From Chiloscyllium plagiosum (lineage: Eukaryota): a stretch of DNA of 64,000 nt. Both the position numbers and the translations under genes were made by a program. The stretch's first letter is position 1. Every line of letters begins with the position of its first letter. The notes under the pieces were generated by a model. The model was given only the letters and a program-made list of their open reading frames with translations. It made no database searches and was not told the origin of the DNA. The DNA is taken from contig NC_057749.1 of the NCBI RefSeq assembly GCF_004010195.1, forward strand, positions 25,211,248-25,275,247, written 5' to 3'. Shown piece after piece: positions 49,730 through 62,732 of the stretch.

Positions 49730-52700
49730 TCCCACTGCTAGAATTATCTACAATTCCGTTAGAAATGAAAAAGAACTTGAATTTGAATCTAAAGATAGCA
49801 TAAGAAAATTGAAAAAAAAACTTGACTTCTAAGTAGAAGGGCTGAATAGAATAATGGCAAATAAAGAAGGAAAGGAAAGAGAAATGGAAAGAATAGAGAA
49901 TGAAAACTAGAGACAAATTGAAAGTGTGATGAACGTAAGAGGTGTCTGATTCTCTACATTGCTGAATCTCTTCAGCCCCAGGCAGCATCCTGTTGAATCC
50001 TCATGGTGTAAGCACATCTTTCCTAATGTGTTGTGACCAGAGCTGCACATAGTACTCCAGCTATGGTCGAGCTAACATTATCTACAGCACCAACATAACC
50101 ACCTTACCTTTATGCCTTGATCCATAAAGGCAAGCATATGATACGCCTTCTTAGTTACCTCAATTTACCCGGCCTGATGCCTTCAGGGATCTATGAACAC
50201 ATACACCAAGATTCCTCTGATTCTCTGTGTGTCCTTGGGTCCTACTATTCAATATGTACCCCTTTGCCTTGTTAATCATCACAAAACCAAATCATAGAGA
50301 CGTACAGCATGGAAACAGACCCTTCAGTCCAACTCACCCATGCCAACCAGATCTCCTGAATTAGTTCAGTCCCACTTACCAGCACTTGACCCATATCCCT
50401 CCAAACCCTTTCTATTCATATACCCATCCTGATGCCTTTTAAATGTTGTAATTGTACCAGCCTCCACCGGTTCCTCTGGCAGCTCATTCTATACATGTGC
50501 TACCTTCAGCGTGAAAAGATTATCCCTTAGATCCCTTTTAAATCTTTCCCCTCTCAATATACACAGGGTTACACTGTGCCACAGTGGCTAGCACTGCTAC
50601 CTCACAGCACCAGAGACCTGGGTTCGATTCCAGCCTCGGGTGACTGTCGGTGTGGAGTTTGCATGTTCTCCCTAAGCCTGTGTGGATTTCCACCAGGTGC
50701 CCCAGTATCCTCCCACAGTGCAAAGGTGTATAGGTTAGGTGGATTGGCCATGGGAAATTGCCCATAGTGTCCAGGACTGTGTAGTATACGGGGATTGCAG
50801 GGATAGGGCAGGGGGTGGTGAGTCCAGGCGGAACTTTCTGCAGAGGGTCGGTGTGGACCTTTTGGGCCAAGTGGCCTCTTACTATAGTAGAGGGATTTAT
50901 GGTGATACTTACAGTTTTGGACTCCCCCATTCTGGGGAAAAGACATTATCTATTTACCCTATCCATGCCCTGCATTAAGGTCAGCCCCCAGCCTTCAGGG
51001 AAAACAGCCCAAGTCCATAGCTCAAAACCTCCCACCCTGGCAACATCTTTGTAAATCTTTTCTGAACCATTTCAAATTTCACAGCATCCTTCCTATAGGA
51101 GGGAGACCAGAACTGCAGGTAGAATTGCAAAAGTGACCTAACCAATGTCCTGTACAGCCACAACATGACCTCCCAACTGCTATACTCAATGCTCTGACCA
51201 AGGAAAGTGTACCAAATGCCTTCTTCACTATCCTATCTACCCGCGACTCTACTGTCAAGGAACAATGAACATGCACTTCAAGGTTTCTTTGTTTAGCAAC
51301 ACTTCCTAGGACCTTACCATTAAGTGTATAAGTCGTGCCCTAATTTGCCTTTCCAAAATGTAGCATTTCACATTTATCCAAATGAAACTCCATCTTCCAC
51401 TCCTCAGCCCACTGGTCCATCTGATGGAGCAGTGGACCTGGCACCAATCCTTGTGGCACACCGCTGGTCACAGGCCTCCAGTCTGAAAAACAACCCTCCA
51501 CCACCACCCTCTTCTACCTTCGAGCCAATTCTGTATCCAAATGGCTGTATTCCATGTGATTTAACCTTGCTAACCAGTCTCCCATGGGGAACCTTGTTGA
51601 ATGCCTTACTGAAGTCCATATCGACCATGTCCACCACTCTGACCTCATCAATTCTCTTTGTTACTTCTTCAAAAAATTCAATCAAATCTGTGAATCATGA
51701 TTTCCCATGCACAAAGCCATGTTGACTATCCCTAATCTTCCTTGCCTTTCTAAATGCGTGTAAATCCTATCCCTCAGGATTCCCTCCAAAACCTGCCCAC
51801 CACCGATGTCAGGCTCACTGGCCTATAGATAGATTAGATTAGATTCCCGACAGTGTGAAAACAGGCCCTTTGGCCCAACAAGTCCACACCGACCCTGTGA
51901 AGAGTAACCCACGCAGACCCATTCCTCTGAAATTTTGCACCTAACACTGTGGGCAATTTAGCATGGCCAATTCACCTGACCTGCACATCTTTGGACTGTG
52001 GGAGGAAACCGGAGCAAACCCACGCAGACACTGGGAGAATGTGCAAACTCCACACAGACAGTCATCCGAGGCTGGAATCAAACCTGGGACCCTGGTCCTG
52101 TGAGGCAGCAGTGCTAACCACTGAGCCACCGTGCCACCCCTATTGTTGCCTGGCTTTTGCTGACTATCTTTCTTAAATAGTTAGCCAACCTTGATCACAT
52201 TTTTCAGGATTAAATTCCATTTGCCACTGTTCGGTTTATCTGACCAGCTCATCTATATCATTTAGGGAGTGAAATCAAAATATCAGAATGATTTGAAAAT
52301 GAATCAGAAATTGAAAGTTATGTTGTCAAATTCCCTACAGTCAGCAGATGGATTACACAGAGGTGCTTGAAGATTTTGATGGAATATTCTGTCTCTCCCA
52401 GAAAATCACCAAGCTGATTTACTGAAGTAATCACAGACTTGTAAACAAACGTTTAGCAAGAGGCCAGGTGAAATGTCTTTAACATAAATGATATTAATGT
52501 AGGGGACCAGAAATCCATAATCCAACATCTTTGCAGGCTCAGTCTAGAAAAGAGGGCAGCACGGTGGCTCAGTGGTTAGCACTGTTGCCTCACAACACAA
52601 GGTTCGATCCCAGCCTCAGGTGACTGTCTGTGTGGAGTTTGCACATTCTCCCTGTATCTGCATGGGTTTCCTCTCAAAGTCCAAAGATGTGCAGGTCAGG

Positions 52701-54020
52701 TGAATTGGCCATGCTAAATTACCCATAGTGTTAGGTGCGTTAAACAGAGGGAAATGGGTGTGGGTGGGTTACTCTTCGGCAGGTCGGTGTGGATTTGTTG
52801 GGCTGAAGGGCCTGTTTCCACACTGTAGGGGAATCTATTCTTTAAAAAAGAATTAGTGCAAGTGATCACATGCATGATAGCAAATTACATTCTTGAACTG
52901 AGATGCAGAAGTTGGAACTTGTCTATTTTGATGAAGCCAAATCCAGATGGATTACAATTATTATACATGGATTGTTGCAAAGTCAATGCATCTACAAAGA
53001 CAGATCCATATCTGATTTGTCAATTGGAGCATTGTATTGAGAGGATTGGCCAAGTTTATTAAGGAGATATCTGCAAGTTCCATTGGTTGGTACAGCTATA
53101 AAATGGGAACAGGTTTTGTAACCCTGTATAGACTTTAGCAATATTAAATCATGCCATATGAAATGAAAAAAATAGATCTGCAACTTTCCAGTAATTAACC
53201 TACAAGGTCCTTGAAAGATAGTGTAGCTATTTTGTATTTGGTTGTGTTCAGCCAAACCTGGGAAGTGCAATTATAACATTTGACCAAATTATTTCATAAG
53301 TTACAAATAAAGCCCATTTGCATAAATTTGTGGCATTAACTTGGCTAAAAGTTGAATTTGACAAAACAAAAATAAGTTATTTCGGCCACGCTGTGATGCA
53401 AGACCAAAGAAGCCTATCAGCCACAGAAGCCAAAGTGAAGGTTATCTTCCATTTTCTCAAGTCACATTTCTGTGGTTTATTGGGATGTGTGGATTTAATG
53501 AAATTTGTTCCAATTTTCATCACTGAGGTGGCTCCTCTGTCAAATTTGAGAAGGAAAGATGAGAAATATGAATGGACAAAGACATGTCAGAGCAACAAGT
53601 GATGTGAAGCCATTTAAATTGCCTGCTGATGCCAGGAGTCCCAGTTTGCTGCAGTGTTATTACAGGAGGACCAATGGAAATTAAAAGATAAGTCAATTAT
53701 TTTTAACGCAAATTAAATACATACCACCAGAATTATTCCACCATGGGAAAAGAGACTGAATTCTGCAAAAGGGTTGCCAGACTCGAAGCATTAACTCTGG
53801 TTTCTCTTCACAGATGCTGCTGAACTTTTTCAACAACTTCTGTTTTTGTCCTTGAGATTGTTATTGGCTCTACAACATTTTTAAACGTACATATCTGCAA
53901 GCTAAGTGAAAGGATTATGATCCACGGAAATAACAGTGTCTGCAGAATTGTTTAATGGCAGAAGTTTGAGATTGTTTCACTGGGGTTCAATGCCACAACC
54001 ATACAATTTGAAAATCATTG
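49730..54020 (+). mobile_element. Decayed Gypsy-type element: gag coiled-coil remnant (~49730-49940) and RT/RNase H (~52270-54020), interrupted by CR1 and SINEs
   Basis: ORF 52856-53062 SWNLSILMKPNPDG...MDCCKVNASTKTDPY..LEHCIERIGQ; ORF 53318-53602 ISYFGHAV...KFVPIFITEVAPLSNLRRK...EWT. Confidence 0.75.
50290..51826 (-). mobile_element. HER1/CR1 LINE RT-to-tail fragment interrupted by HE1 (50565-50890, +)
   Basis: IEFFEEVTKRIDE..VDMVDMDFSKAFNKVPHGRL; LYRTLVRS...QFWSPSYRKD. Confidence 0.9.
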
Positions 54021-54059
54021 TGAGGTAGTACAGAAATCCGGAACCTCAACCTGAGCTAC

Positions 54060-54885
54060 AAGTCTTCTCAAAAGTCCCTGTTACAGAACTTAAACATTGA
54101 TTTAACAACTTACCTGCATTTATATAGATTGAAAAGGGGGTGCTAATTGGTTGATTAGATTAGATTAGATTACTTACAGTGTGGAAACAGGCCCTTCGGC
54201 CCAACAAGTCCACACCGACCCGCCGAAGCGCAACCCACCCATACCCCTACATTTACCCCTTCTTACCTAACTCTACGGGCAATTTAGCATGGCCAATTCA
54301 CCTGACCTGCACATCTTTTGGACTGTGGGAGGAAACCGGAGCGAATGTGCAAACTCCACACAGTCAATCGCCTGAGTCGGGAATTGAACCCGGGTCTCTG
54401 GCGCTGTGAGGCAGCAGTGCTAACCACTGTGCCACCGTGCCGCCCATAAAGGGATTGTTGTTGGCATGGAAATGCAGCAAGAATCATTAATTGTTGATTT
54501 ATTTCTCAGGTAGACTTTGATTGGTCAGAGTGTTGCCATGTAAACCCGATAGAAATGGGCAGTCCTTTTTTGATCTCGCAGAGTTGCCCTTTGATGTGAA
54601 GGGCACTGCTTTTCACTGGCCACTTGGGTGTTTCCTTTCTTCCTGGTGGTGGAAATTGAATAGAAAATAAATAGAAATGGCAGTCTCTATGACCCCTTGT
54701 TTTCCCCACTTAAAAGTGTACAATGTGAAATCCTGTGCATTAATCGATATAGCTTCTGGCATATGCAGATTAATTGCAACGTGAGTCCAGTTTAGAATCT
54801 TAATTTGGTCTCCACTGTATATTAGCACAGACCAGATGATTTCAATAACAGTTTTCCAGTAGCCAAATCACATTGGATGGTGGAC
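54060..54885 (-). mobile_element. Decayed Penelope-like element of a different lineage (GIY-YIG C-terminus plus 3'UTR), interrupted by HE1 (54154-54446)
   Basis: Minus frames CDLATGKLLL / NHLVCAN / YSGDQIKILNWTHVAINLHMPEAISI resemble the PLE pattern DSAIGQHLL.N..CA..Y....F.I........L..LEA.YI (recalled). Confidence 0.55.
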
Positions 54886-55308
54886 ATAGCATTGTGAGGC
54901 GGCACGGTGGCTCAGTGGTTAGCACTGCTGCCTCACAGCACCAGAGACCTGGGTTCGATCCCAGCCTCGGACCACTGTCTGTGTGGAGCTTGTATGTTCT
55001 CCCAGTGCCTGCGTGAGTTTCCTCCAGGTGCTCCAGTTTCCTCTCACATTCCAAAGATATACAGCTTTGGTGGATTGACCATGCTAAAGTGTCCAACGAT
55101 GGGTAGGCTGGCAGTGGGGAAATCCAGTGATGAGGTGGGTCTTTGGAGGGTTGCTGTGGGCCTAATGGGCTGAATGGCCTGCTTCCATACTGTGGAGATT
55201 CTATGATCTATGAAAGTACATAGTGGCTGTGCATGATCAGTATTCTACCTGTTATAAAAAAAGGAAGTAACTCCATGGATGGTTTTCTCCAATAACAGGA
55301 TTCTCTGT

Positions 55309-56010
55309 GGTGATGAAACCACACCAAGATAGGACAAGGATGTTGGTCCAGACCTGATCTCCACATGTGACCCAGTAAGCCCTCTCAATCTTCAAGCTTC
55401 TCATTCCAGCCTCCAAGTTAAGGAATTTCAGCAACCAGTCCTCAATAAATTCCACTGGTCGTTTACCCTTTGGCAGACTGACGATCTGAATATTTTTTCT
55501 CCTGCCCCTGTTCTTGAGGTCATCAATCTGGTCAAGCAAGTTATGGACCTGCGTCTCCAGGGCCTGGATCCTATCCTTGGAGGAACCAGTATCAGCTTCC
55601 ACCACTGTGACTCTGTGTTCTACCGCATCTGTCCTTTTCTCGAGGTCTCCCAGCTGCTGTTCGTGCTTCTGCAGCATGATAGAGATCGGGACCAGCTTCC
55701 CCTCTATCTGCTGACTCAACATCTCGTGAGATTTCACGAGCTCCATTATCAGGACCTGGTAGGAAATTGAGCATGGATCCTGCGGGTTAGGCCACAGGCC
55801 CAGACTTGGATGTACCTCCTCCCTTCTTCGGCATCCCTGGACGGTGAAAACTGAGGTAAGTTGTTCTTTAACAGTTTCCTGGGACTCCACGACCTTTCCA
55901 GGATATTGAGGTGATCTGGGTAAGGTGGGTTAGGACTTGGTCCCACTTACAATGTGGCGGAGAACTCTGTAACGTGATCTTTCTCGATCGCAGCCATCTT
56001 GGATCCTCCC
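55309..56010 (-). mobile_element. L1-clade 5' fragment (5'UTR plus partial ORF1), 3'-truncated, flanked by a TSD-like repeat
   Basis: ORF 55252-55890(-): coiled coil then DDLKNRGRRKNIQIVSLPKG...IERAY (L1 ORF1p RRM motifs); 5' end GGGAGGATCCAAGATGGC. Confidence 0.88.
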
Positions 56011-57329
56011 AATTACAGGATTCTGCTGTCAAAATCAAATATTTTGACTAACACACAAATAACTAATGAGATATATGAGATTCTCTGCTGCATGATTAGA
56101 TTAGATACCCATTCTGTATGGAAACAGGCCCTTCAGCCCAACAAGTCTACACCAACCCATTCCCCTACCCTATCTTTACCCCTGACTAATACACCTAACA
56201 CTATGGGCAATATAGCATGGCCAATTAACCTGACCTGCATATCTTTAGATTGTGGGAGGAAACCCTTACGGACACAGGGACAATGTGCAAACTCCACACA
56301 GACAGTTACCCGAGGCTGGAATCGAACCCAGGTCCCTGGCGCTGTGAGGCAGCAGTGCTAACCACTGAGCCACCGTGCAGCCCATATGATGCCACATATG
56401 CATGATATACATTACAATGACTGGTGGACTGTATCAAACAACACATTCTGGTAGGCAGCCAAAATTTAACACTTAAAAAAAACTTTAACTCGATTTCTCC
56501 CTCCACAGATGATGCCAGACTTGCCTGTTTTATGTTTTTACAACACAGCATAGAAAATAGGAGCAGGAGTAGGCCATTCGGCCCTTCGAGCCTGCTCTGC
56601 CATTCAGTGTGATCAAGGTTGACCATCCAACTCAGTCCCCTGTTCCTGCTTTCTCCCCCTGCCCATTGATCCTTCTAACCCTAACTCCTTCTTGAAAATC
56701 ATAGAATCAAACCATAGAGTCCTTATAGTGTGGAAGCAGGCCATTCAGCCCGTCAGGTCCACAACGATCCTCTGAACTTCATCCCTCCCAGACACACCCC
56801 ACTACCCTATCCCTGTAACCGTGCATTTCCCATGGCCAACCCACCTAACCTGCACAGCTTTGGACTGTGGGAGAAAAATGGAGCACCCGGAGGAAACCCA
56901 CGCAGACACGGGGAGAAGGTGCAAACTCCACGCAGACAGTCGCCCAAGGGGGGAATCAAACCTGGGTCCCTGGTGCGGGGAGACACTATGCCGCCCCATT
57001 CAATGGTTTGGCCTCAACAGCTTTCTGTGACAGAAATTCCCACAGGCTCATTGCTCTCTGGGGAAAGACATTTCTCCTCATCTCAGTTGTAAATGCCGAA
57101 TTCTTAGATTGTGATCCCTGATTCTGGACTCCTCAGACCATCAGGAATATCCTTCCTGCATTTACCCTGTCTACTCCTGTTTGAATTTTATAAGTTTCTG
57201 TGAGTTCACCCATTATTCTTTGAATTATTTTATTTCAGATTGGCAGTCCTTGTCATCATTTGCATGCAATACCACTCTGCAGTGATTTATATAATGGACA
57301 TCTAAATCCATTTTCCTTCCACAGTTTTT

Positions 57330-57530
57330 TGTTATAGTGTAAAGGGCTACTTTAAATGTGTCAATAAAGTAGCCTACATCATCACTGTGATGTAAGGTCA
57401 CATGATGATGTTCTCTCGGAGTCTCATGATAGACTGAAACATTGTTCTGTACCTAGTTAATTTTGTTTTACCATATTTCAATAAAATGTAATGCTTGTCA
57501 ACATCAAGGAGCCCTTCAATTTTTTTGCAA
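57330..57530 (+). mobile_element. Probable short solo LTR
   Basis: Starts tgttatagtg, contains AATAAA near 57479, carries internal inverted repeats; right end uncertain. Confidence 0.4.
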
Positions 57531-57591
57531 CCTCTCCCTCAGACCAAACCAATGTAGAAATGTCAGATAATCTCGCGCCAATTAGAAAATA

Positions 57592-58029
57592 CTGTATAAA
57601 CTCGAGTAATAATTTAATGTTTTGACTACTTCTTAACGTTAAATTTATGGGGTCGACTATTACATGGATATACTACTTTTGAGGGGCTGAAATTCCTGCC
57701 CATCAAAATTCGTACTGTATCACTAGCAGAAGCTCAACAGATCTCTCAATGAATAAGGAGAAAAAAAATATTATGGTAATACTGAAAACCCAGAGTGGAA
57801 CCACAACAGCCATCGGACTGGAATACCGGGAGTGGAGTGGAACAACCGGAAGACTGGAAATCTGGAGCGGGATGTAATGGCCGGTACACTGACTCATAAA
57901 CGTTGATCTGTTATCTGTGAAGAACTAGGGTCAGCCTTTACACAAGATACCTGGAAAATTCCTGGCTATTTGGCCAAAAGTAGGGGTGTGATTTTTACAT
58001 GAGATCGACTACTACTGGAGTATATACAG
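57592..58029. mobile_element. Tc1/mariner-pogo-type MITE with TIRs and TA TSD
   Basis: ta-ctgtataaactcgagta ... tactggagtatatacag-ta (17-bp TIR, 2 mismatches). Confidence 0.8.
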
Positions 58030-61000
58030 TATTCCAATTTTCTTCACAACTAAGAATAACATCTCTACTGTATTGGCCACTAGTGTACTTTATTTACATC
58101 TCTTCAAATATCCTGCTCCTACAAGGTCATAACAAATTGGAGCAGTAGTAAGCCATTCAGCCCCTGATCATACCTCCTAATCATCTGTCTGTTTCTTTAT
58201 CCAAGTATCTGAGATAAATGTTTAAAAACCAAGGTTAAATAAAGATTGTTGGGGAATTTGAAATGTTACATCTCGTCAGTCCTAGACAATTTCCTCACTC
58301 CCTGTAGCTCCAGCATGGGGCACTGTTCACAGTTGTCATGTCATACTTAATGGTCTGTATTTGATTGTGTCTGTTCACTGATCTTTGCAACTGTGCTTGA
58401 TTGTTTATGCGTGTGGGTAGAGCTAGAGGATCAAGTGACTGACTCCACAGCAGGAGAGAAGATTCTCAAACACCAAGGGTTCCTTGAAAAAGATTTGGTG
58501 CAGTTTGGAAGTTCTGTAACTCGAAGTTTAGATTTAGAGCCAATCTCTTCATAACTCTGAGATAAGGCATACTCAATACAAACATAACAGGTGATGCCAC
58601 CAGAATTGTAATCTAGAGACCTGAACTGGTGATATGAGTTCACACATTGCCTATATTTAAATAAATCTATAATTATTTTCAAAGCTGTTATTCAAAGGGT
58701 GACACAGTGGCTCAGTGGTTAGCACTGCTGCCTCGCAGCATCAGGGGACCCAGGTTTGATCCCAGCCTCAGGCGATTGTCTGTATGGAGTTTGCACATTC
58801 TCCCCACTTCTTCATGGGATTCCTCTGGATGCTCCAATTTCCTCCGAAAATCCAAAGATGTGCAGGTTACGTGAATTGGCTATACTCAATTGCCCATAGT
58901 GTTCAGGGTTGTGTAGGTCAGGCGTATTAGTCAGGGGAAATATAGAGTAATAGGGTAGGGGAATAGGTCTGGGTAGGTTACTCTTCAGAGGGTCGAAATG
59001 GACTTGTTGGGCTGAATTGCTTGTATCCACAATGTAGGGGTTCTATCTGCAATATTTTTATTTTGCGTTTCTGACAATATGGTAGTTTTATGGTCATCAT
59101 TACAAATGTTTACTTGTTAATTCCAGCTTTATTTAAATGAGTGAATTTATATTCCCCCCATGTTGAGATTTGAATACTCTTTCTCCCAATTAATGGTTCA
59201 GATGTATTGAAGTAATAGTCTGGTAAAGTAACTGCTATGTGCAGCATGAGGGGTTATGTCTGACTGTGTGATGTGTTAATGAGACACTGCACACATCATT
59301 ACAGGCCCTCATTCAATGTCACAGGATGTTGCTGTCTCTCACAGCCTCATGGCAAGATGAAGCAAACACTAAGTTGTTTCTTATACTCATAGAGCACAGT
59401 TACAGGCCCTCTGGCCCAACTCATTCATACTGACCAGGTGTCCTAAACTGAATCAGTCCCATCTTCCTGCATTTGGGCTGTATCCCTCTAAACCCTTCCT
59501 ATCCATGTACCTGTCCAAATGTTTTTTAAATGTTGTAATTGTTCCAGCCTCCACTAACTCCTCTGGCAGCTTGTTCCATACGCACACACACAAAAAGTTG
59601 CCCCTCAGATCCCTTTTTCATATCTTTCCCCTCTCACCTCTCACCTTAAACCTAGCTTTGGGCTCTTGCACCCTTGGGAAAAGACCCTGGCTATTCACCT
59701 TATCTATGGCCCTCGTGATTTTATAAATCTCTATAAGGTCACCCCTCCTACACCCCAGGGAAAAAAAAGTCCCAGCCTATCCAGCCTCTCCTTATGATTT
59801 AACGTTGTCATCACCTCAGCAGATTCTGTGAATATTCTTTCGCAGACCAGTGAGACCAAGAATATTATATTATGACACCGCAGCAAAATGTAAAGATGTG
59901 TGTCCATTTTTCAATTGAATAGTTGGTGCAAGGGATCAAATTTGGGAATCTATGGGTAAATCAAAGAGTAGATTCAAGGCAAAAAAAATGGTATTAATGT
60001 GGGAAATGATAAACGGACTGTGACATGAAAGGATAAAAGTACTAATCTAAGAGTAAGTCAATAGATAAGGTTGGAGGACAAAACTGCAGGTTCTGTACCT
60101 TAATGCAATTGAAATTTAGAACAAAACAGATGAACTGATAATGCAAATAGAAGTCAATAGTATGATATTAGAGCTATACAAGGCATATAAAGGTAGGGCT
60201 GCAGGATGACATAGATTGAGGCTTGAATGTTGATGTGTGCAGGACGTTGAAGAAGGATGAGAAAATAGTAAAAGGTGGAGGGATGATTCAGTTAATTAGA
60301 TAGAATTATAGAGTTATATAGCACAGAAATAGACCCTTCGGACCAACCCATTGGCATCGACCAGACCTTCTAATCTGACCTAGTCCCTTTGCCAACACTT
60401 GGCCCATTTCCTTCCAAACCTTTTCTATTCATATACCCAACCCAATGCCGCTTAAATGTTGCAATTCTACCAGCCTCCACCATGTCCTTTGGCAGCTCAT
60501 TCCACACACGTACCACCCTCTTGCATGAAAACGTTACCCCTCAGGTCCTTTTTATACCTTTCCCCTCTCACCCTAAACCTATGCCGTCTAGTTTTGGACT
60601 ATCCCACCCCAGGAAAAAAGACCTCGTCTATTTACCCTATCCATGCTCCTCATGATTTTATAAACCTCTATAATGTCTTCCCTCAGCCTCCAACGCTCCA
60701 GGGAAAAGAGCCCCAGACTATTCAGCCTCTCCCTACAGCTCAATCTGTCTAGTCCTGGCAACGTCCTTGTAAGTCTTTTCTGAACCCTCTCAAATTTAAC
60801 AACATCCTTCCTATAGGCTTAACAATGGACTTGATAGGGCAGATTCATGATGGTATTACCACAACAGAGAAGGATGACCTGAATTCAGGAAATCGGGATG
60901 CAGAAGTGGTTTGGGTAAAGATGAGAAGTGTTAAAGGCAAGAATTAATTTTTGGGAGAGGTGTCCAGGCATCCTAACAGTAACCATGTGGTAGGATGGGG

Positions 61001-61447
61001 CAGGAAGGAGGGAGTAGTGAGAGCTTTTCGAAAAGGTGCAGTGATTGTTATGGGTAATTTTAAACTAAATATATAAGGGAAATTTCACAGTAGGAAAATA
61101 CAACCCTGACAATTTTATAGAATTTATTAGGATAGTTTCTTAGAGTAGCACATTCTGCAGCTGATTAGACAGCAGACAACGAGAGAGAGGATTAATTAAT
61201 GAACTTCACAGTAAAGACACCCCGATGTTGCAAAAATCATTATATAATTGAAATTTACATTCAGCTTGAGTGAGAAAGGAATGGATTTAAGACTAGTACT
61301 TTAAATTTAAATAAGGGCTATTTTGGGGGCAGATCCAACTAAAGTGAGTTCATAAATTAAGTTGAGAGGTTGGTCAGTATAATAAGTAGCATGGAAGAGA
61401 TGATTGAGAATTTCAGGGCAGGCTTGAATGGGCGACTCCTGATCCTA

Positions 61448-61670
61448 GAGTTTAGATCAGAGTGGTGCTGGAAAAGCACAGTAGGTCAGGTAGCATCCGA
61501 GGAGCAGGAAAATCGACGTTTCAGGCAAAAGCCCTTCATCAGGATTCCTGATAAAGGCCTTATGCCCGATTTTCCTGCTCCTCGGATGGTACCTGACCTG
61601 CTGTGCTTTTCCAGCACCACTCTGATCCAAACTCTGGTTTCCAGCATCTGCAGTCCTCACTTTTGCCTAT
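61448..61670. mobile_element. Inverted pair of PLE family A units with 11-bp TSD
   Basis: About 90-bp inverted arms centred near 61545; TSD tcctgatccta (61437-61447 / 61672-61682). Confidence 0.82.
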
Positions 61671-62732
61671 TCCTGATCCTATATGTTCCTATATAAGTGC
61701 AGGGGCATACATTTAAAGAAGTAGTTCAGAATGCATAGAATAGATGTGAAAAGAAGAAAAAATAGATTGAAGAGGACCCAGCATTGAATAGAACTGAATT
61801 TATTGTCACGTGTACCGAGGCAGAGTGAAAAGCTTTGTCTTGCGAACAATACAGGCAGATAACATGGTTAAGTAGCATAGATAGTAAATAATAGATAAAC
61901 AGTGGCAAAAACAAAAACATGGGTACAGGCAACTGTTAAGAGTTTGTGAGTCCATTCAGAATTCTAACAACAGTAGGGTAAAAACTGTTTTGAAACCAGC
62001 AGAGTTCAGGCTTCTGCACCTTCTGCCCGATGGTAGAGGTTGTAGAAAAACATTGCCAGGATGGGATGGATCTTTAAGAATGCTGGCGGCCTTTCCTTGA
62101 CATTGGGCCTGGTAGATGGATGTTACCAAATAAGTTAAGGACAGCATCAAACTGAAATATAATTTCACAGACATGGGTGGACAGTCAGGAGGTTGAACAA
62201 AATATAAAAACTGACTAAAAGATTAATGAGGATGGGAAAATTAGAGTACAAGAGAAAGCTAGCTAGAAAAAATAAACAGACAGTAAGAATTGTCTATAGA
62301 TTTTCAAAAATGTGAGAGTTGATGATATAGAGAGGGGACTGTGGAATTAATAATGGATAATAAGGAGATGCCTGTCGGAATAAACAGATATTTTGCATTG
62401 CTCTTCACAATTCAGGGTACAAGTAGCATTCAGAAATATCTGCAAATCAGAAAATGGAAGGGAGGGAGGACCTCAAGAACATTTTAATGACCAAGGAGGT
62501 GACATTGAACTAATTATTGGAACTTCAGGTAAACAGGTTCCTGGGTCCTGATGAACTTCATCTTATGGTCTTATACAAATTTGGCAGTGAGATGGTTGAT
62601 GCATAGATTTTAACTTTCCACAGTTTCAGAGAATTGGAGAAGATTATATTAAGTAGGAAGATTGCAATTGTATTGTTTTTATCCAAAAAGAGAGGGACGA
62701 TGTCAGAAGTCACACAACACCTCACCCGGAGG

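Larger units (their letters stand above)
5773..59045. mobile_element. Further dispersed HE1-type SINE copies at about 5773-6110(-), 9552-9785(-), 19725-20056(-), 20137-20390(+), 23351-23640(+), 25655-25980(-), 36720-36995(+), 51828-52140(-), 52553-52840(+), 54154-54446(-), 54896-55212(+), 56094-56384(-), 56700-56997(-), 58697-59045(+)
   Basis: Same tRNA head, central domain and tail as 2733-3062; these copies explain the recurring MAQWLALLPHS and MGNLAWPIHLTC pseudo-ORFs. Confidence 0.88.

Noticed and set aside
49722..49788. Minus-strand exon-like segment (tttag|...GAG|gtaagt)
   Set aside because: Overlaps the A-rich Gypsy gag remnant on the plus strand, which creates a spurious pyrimidine tract; peptide is low-complexity
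2687..59030. Recurrent short ORFs (MAQWLALLPHS, MGNLAWPIHLTC, MLPDLLCFSS) resembling a gene family
   Set aside because: All map to HE1 SINEs or PLE terminal units; non-coding
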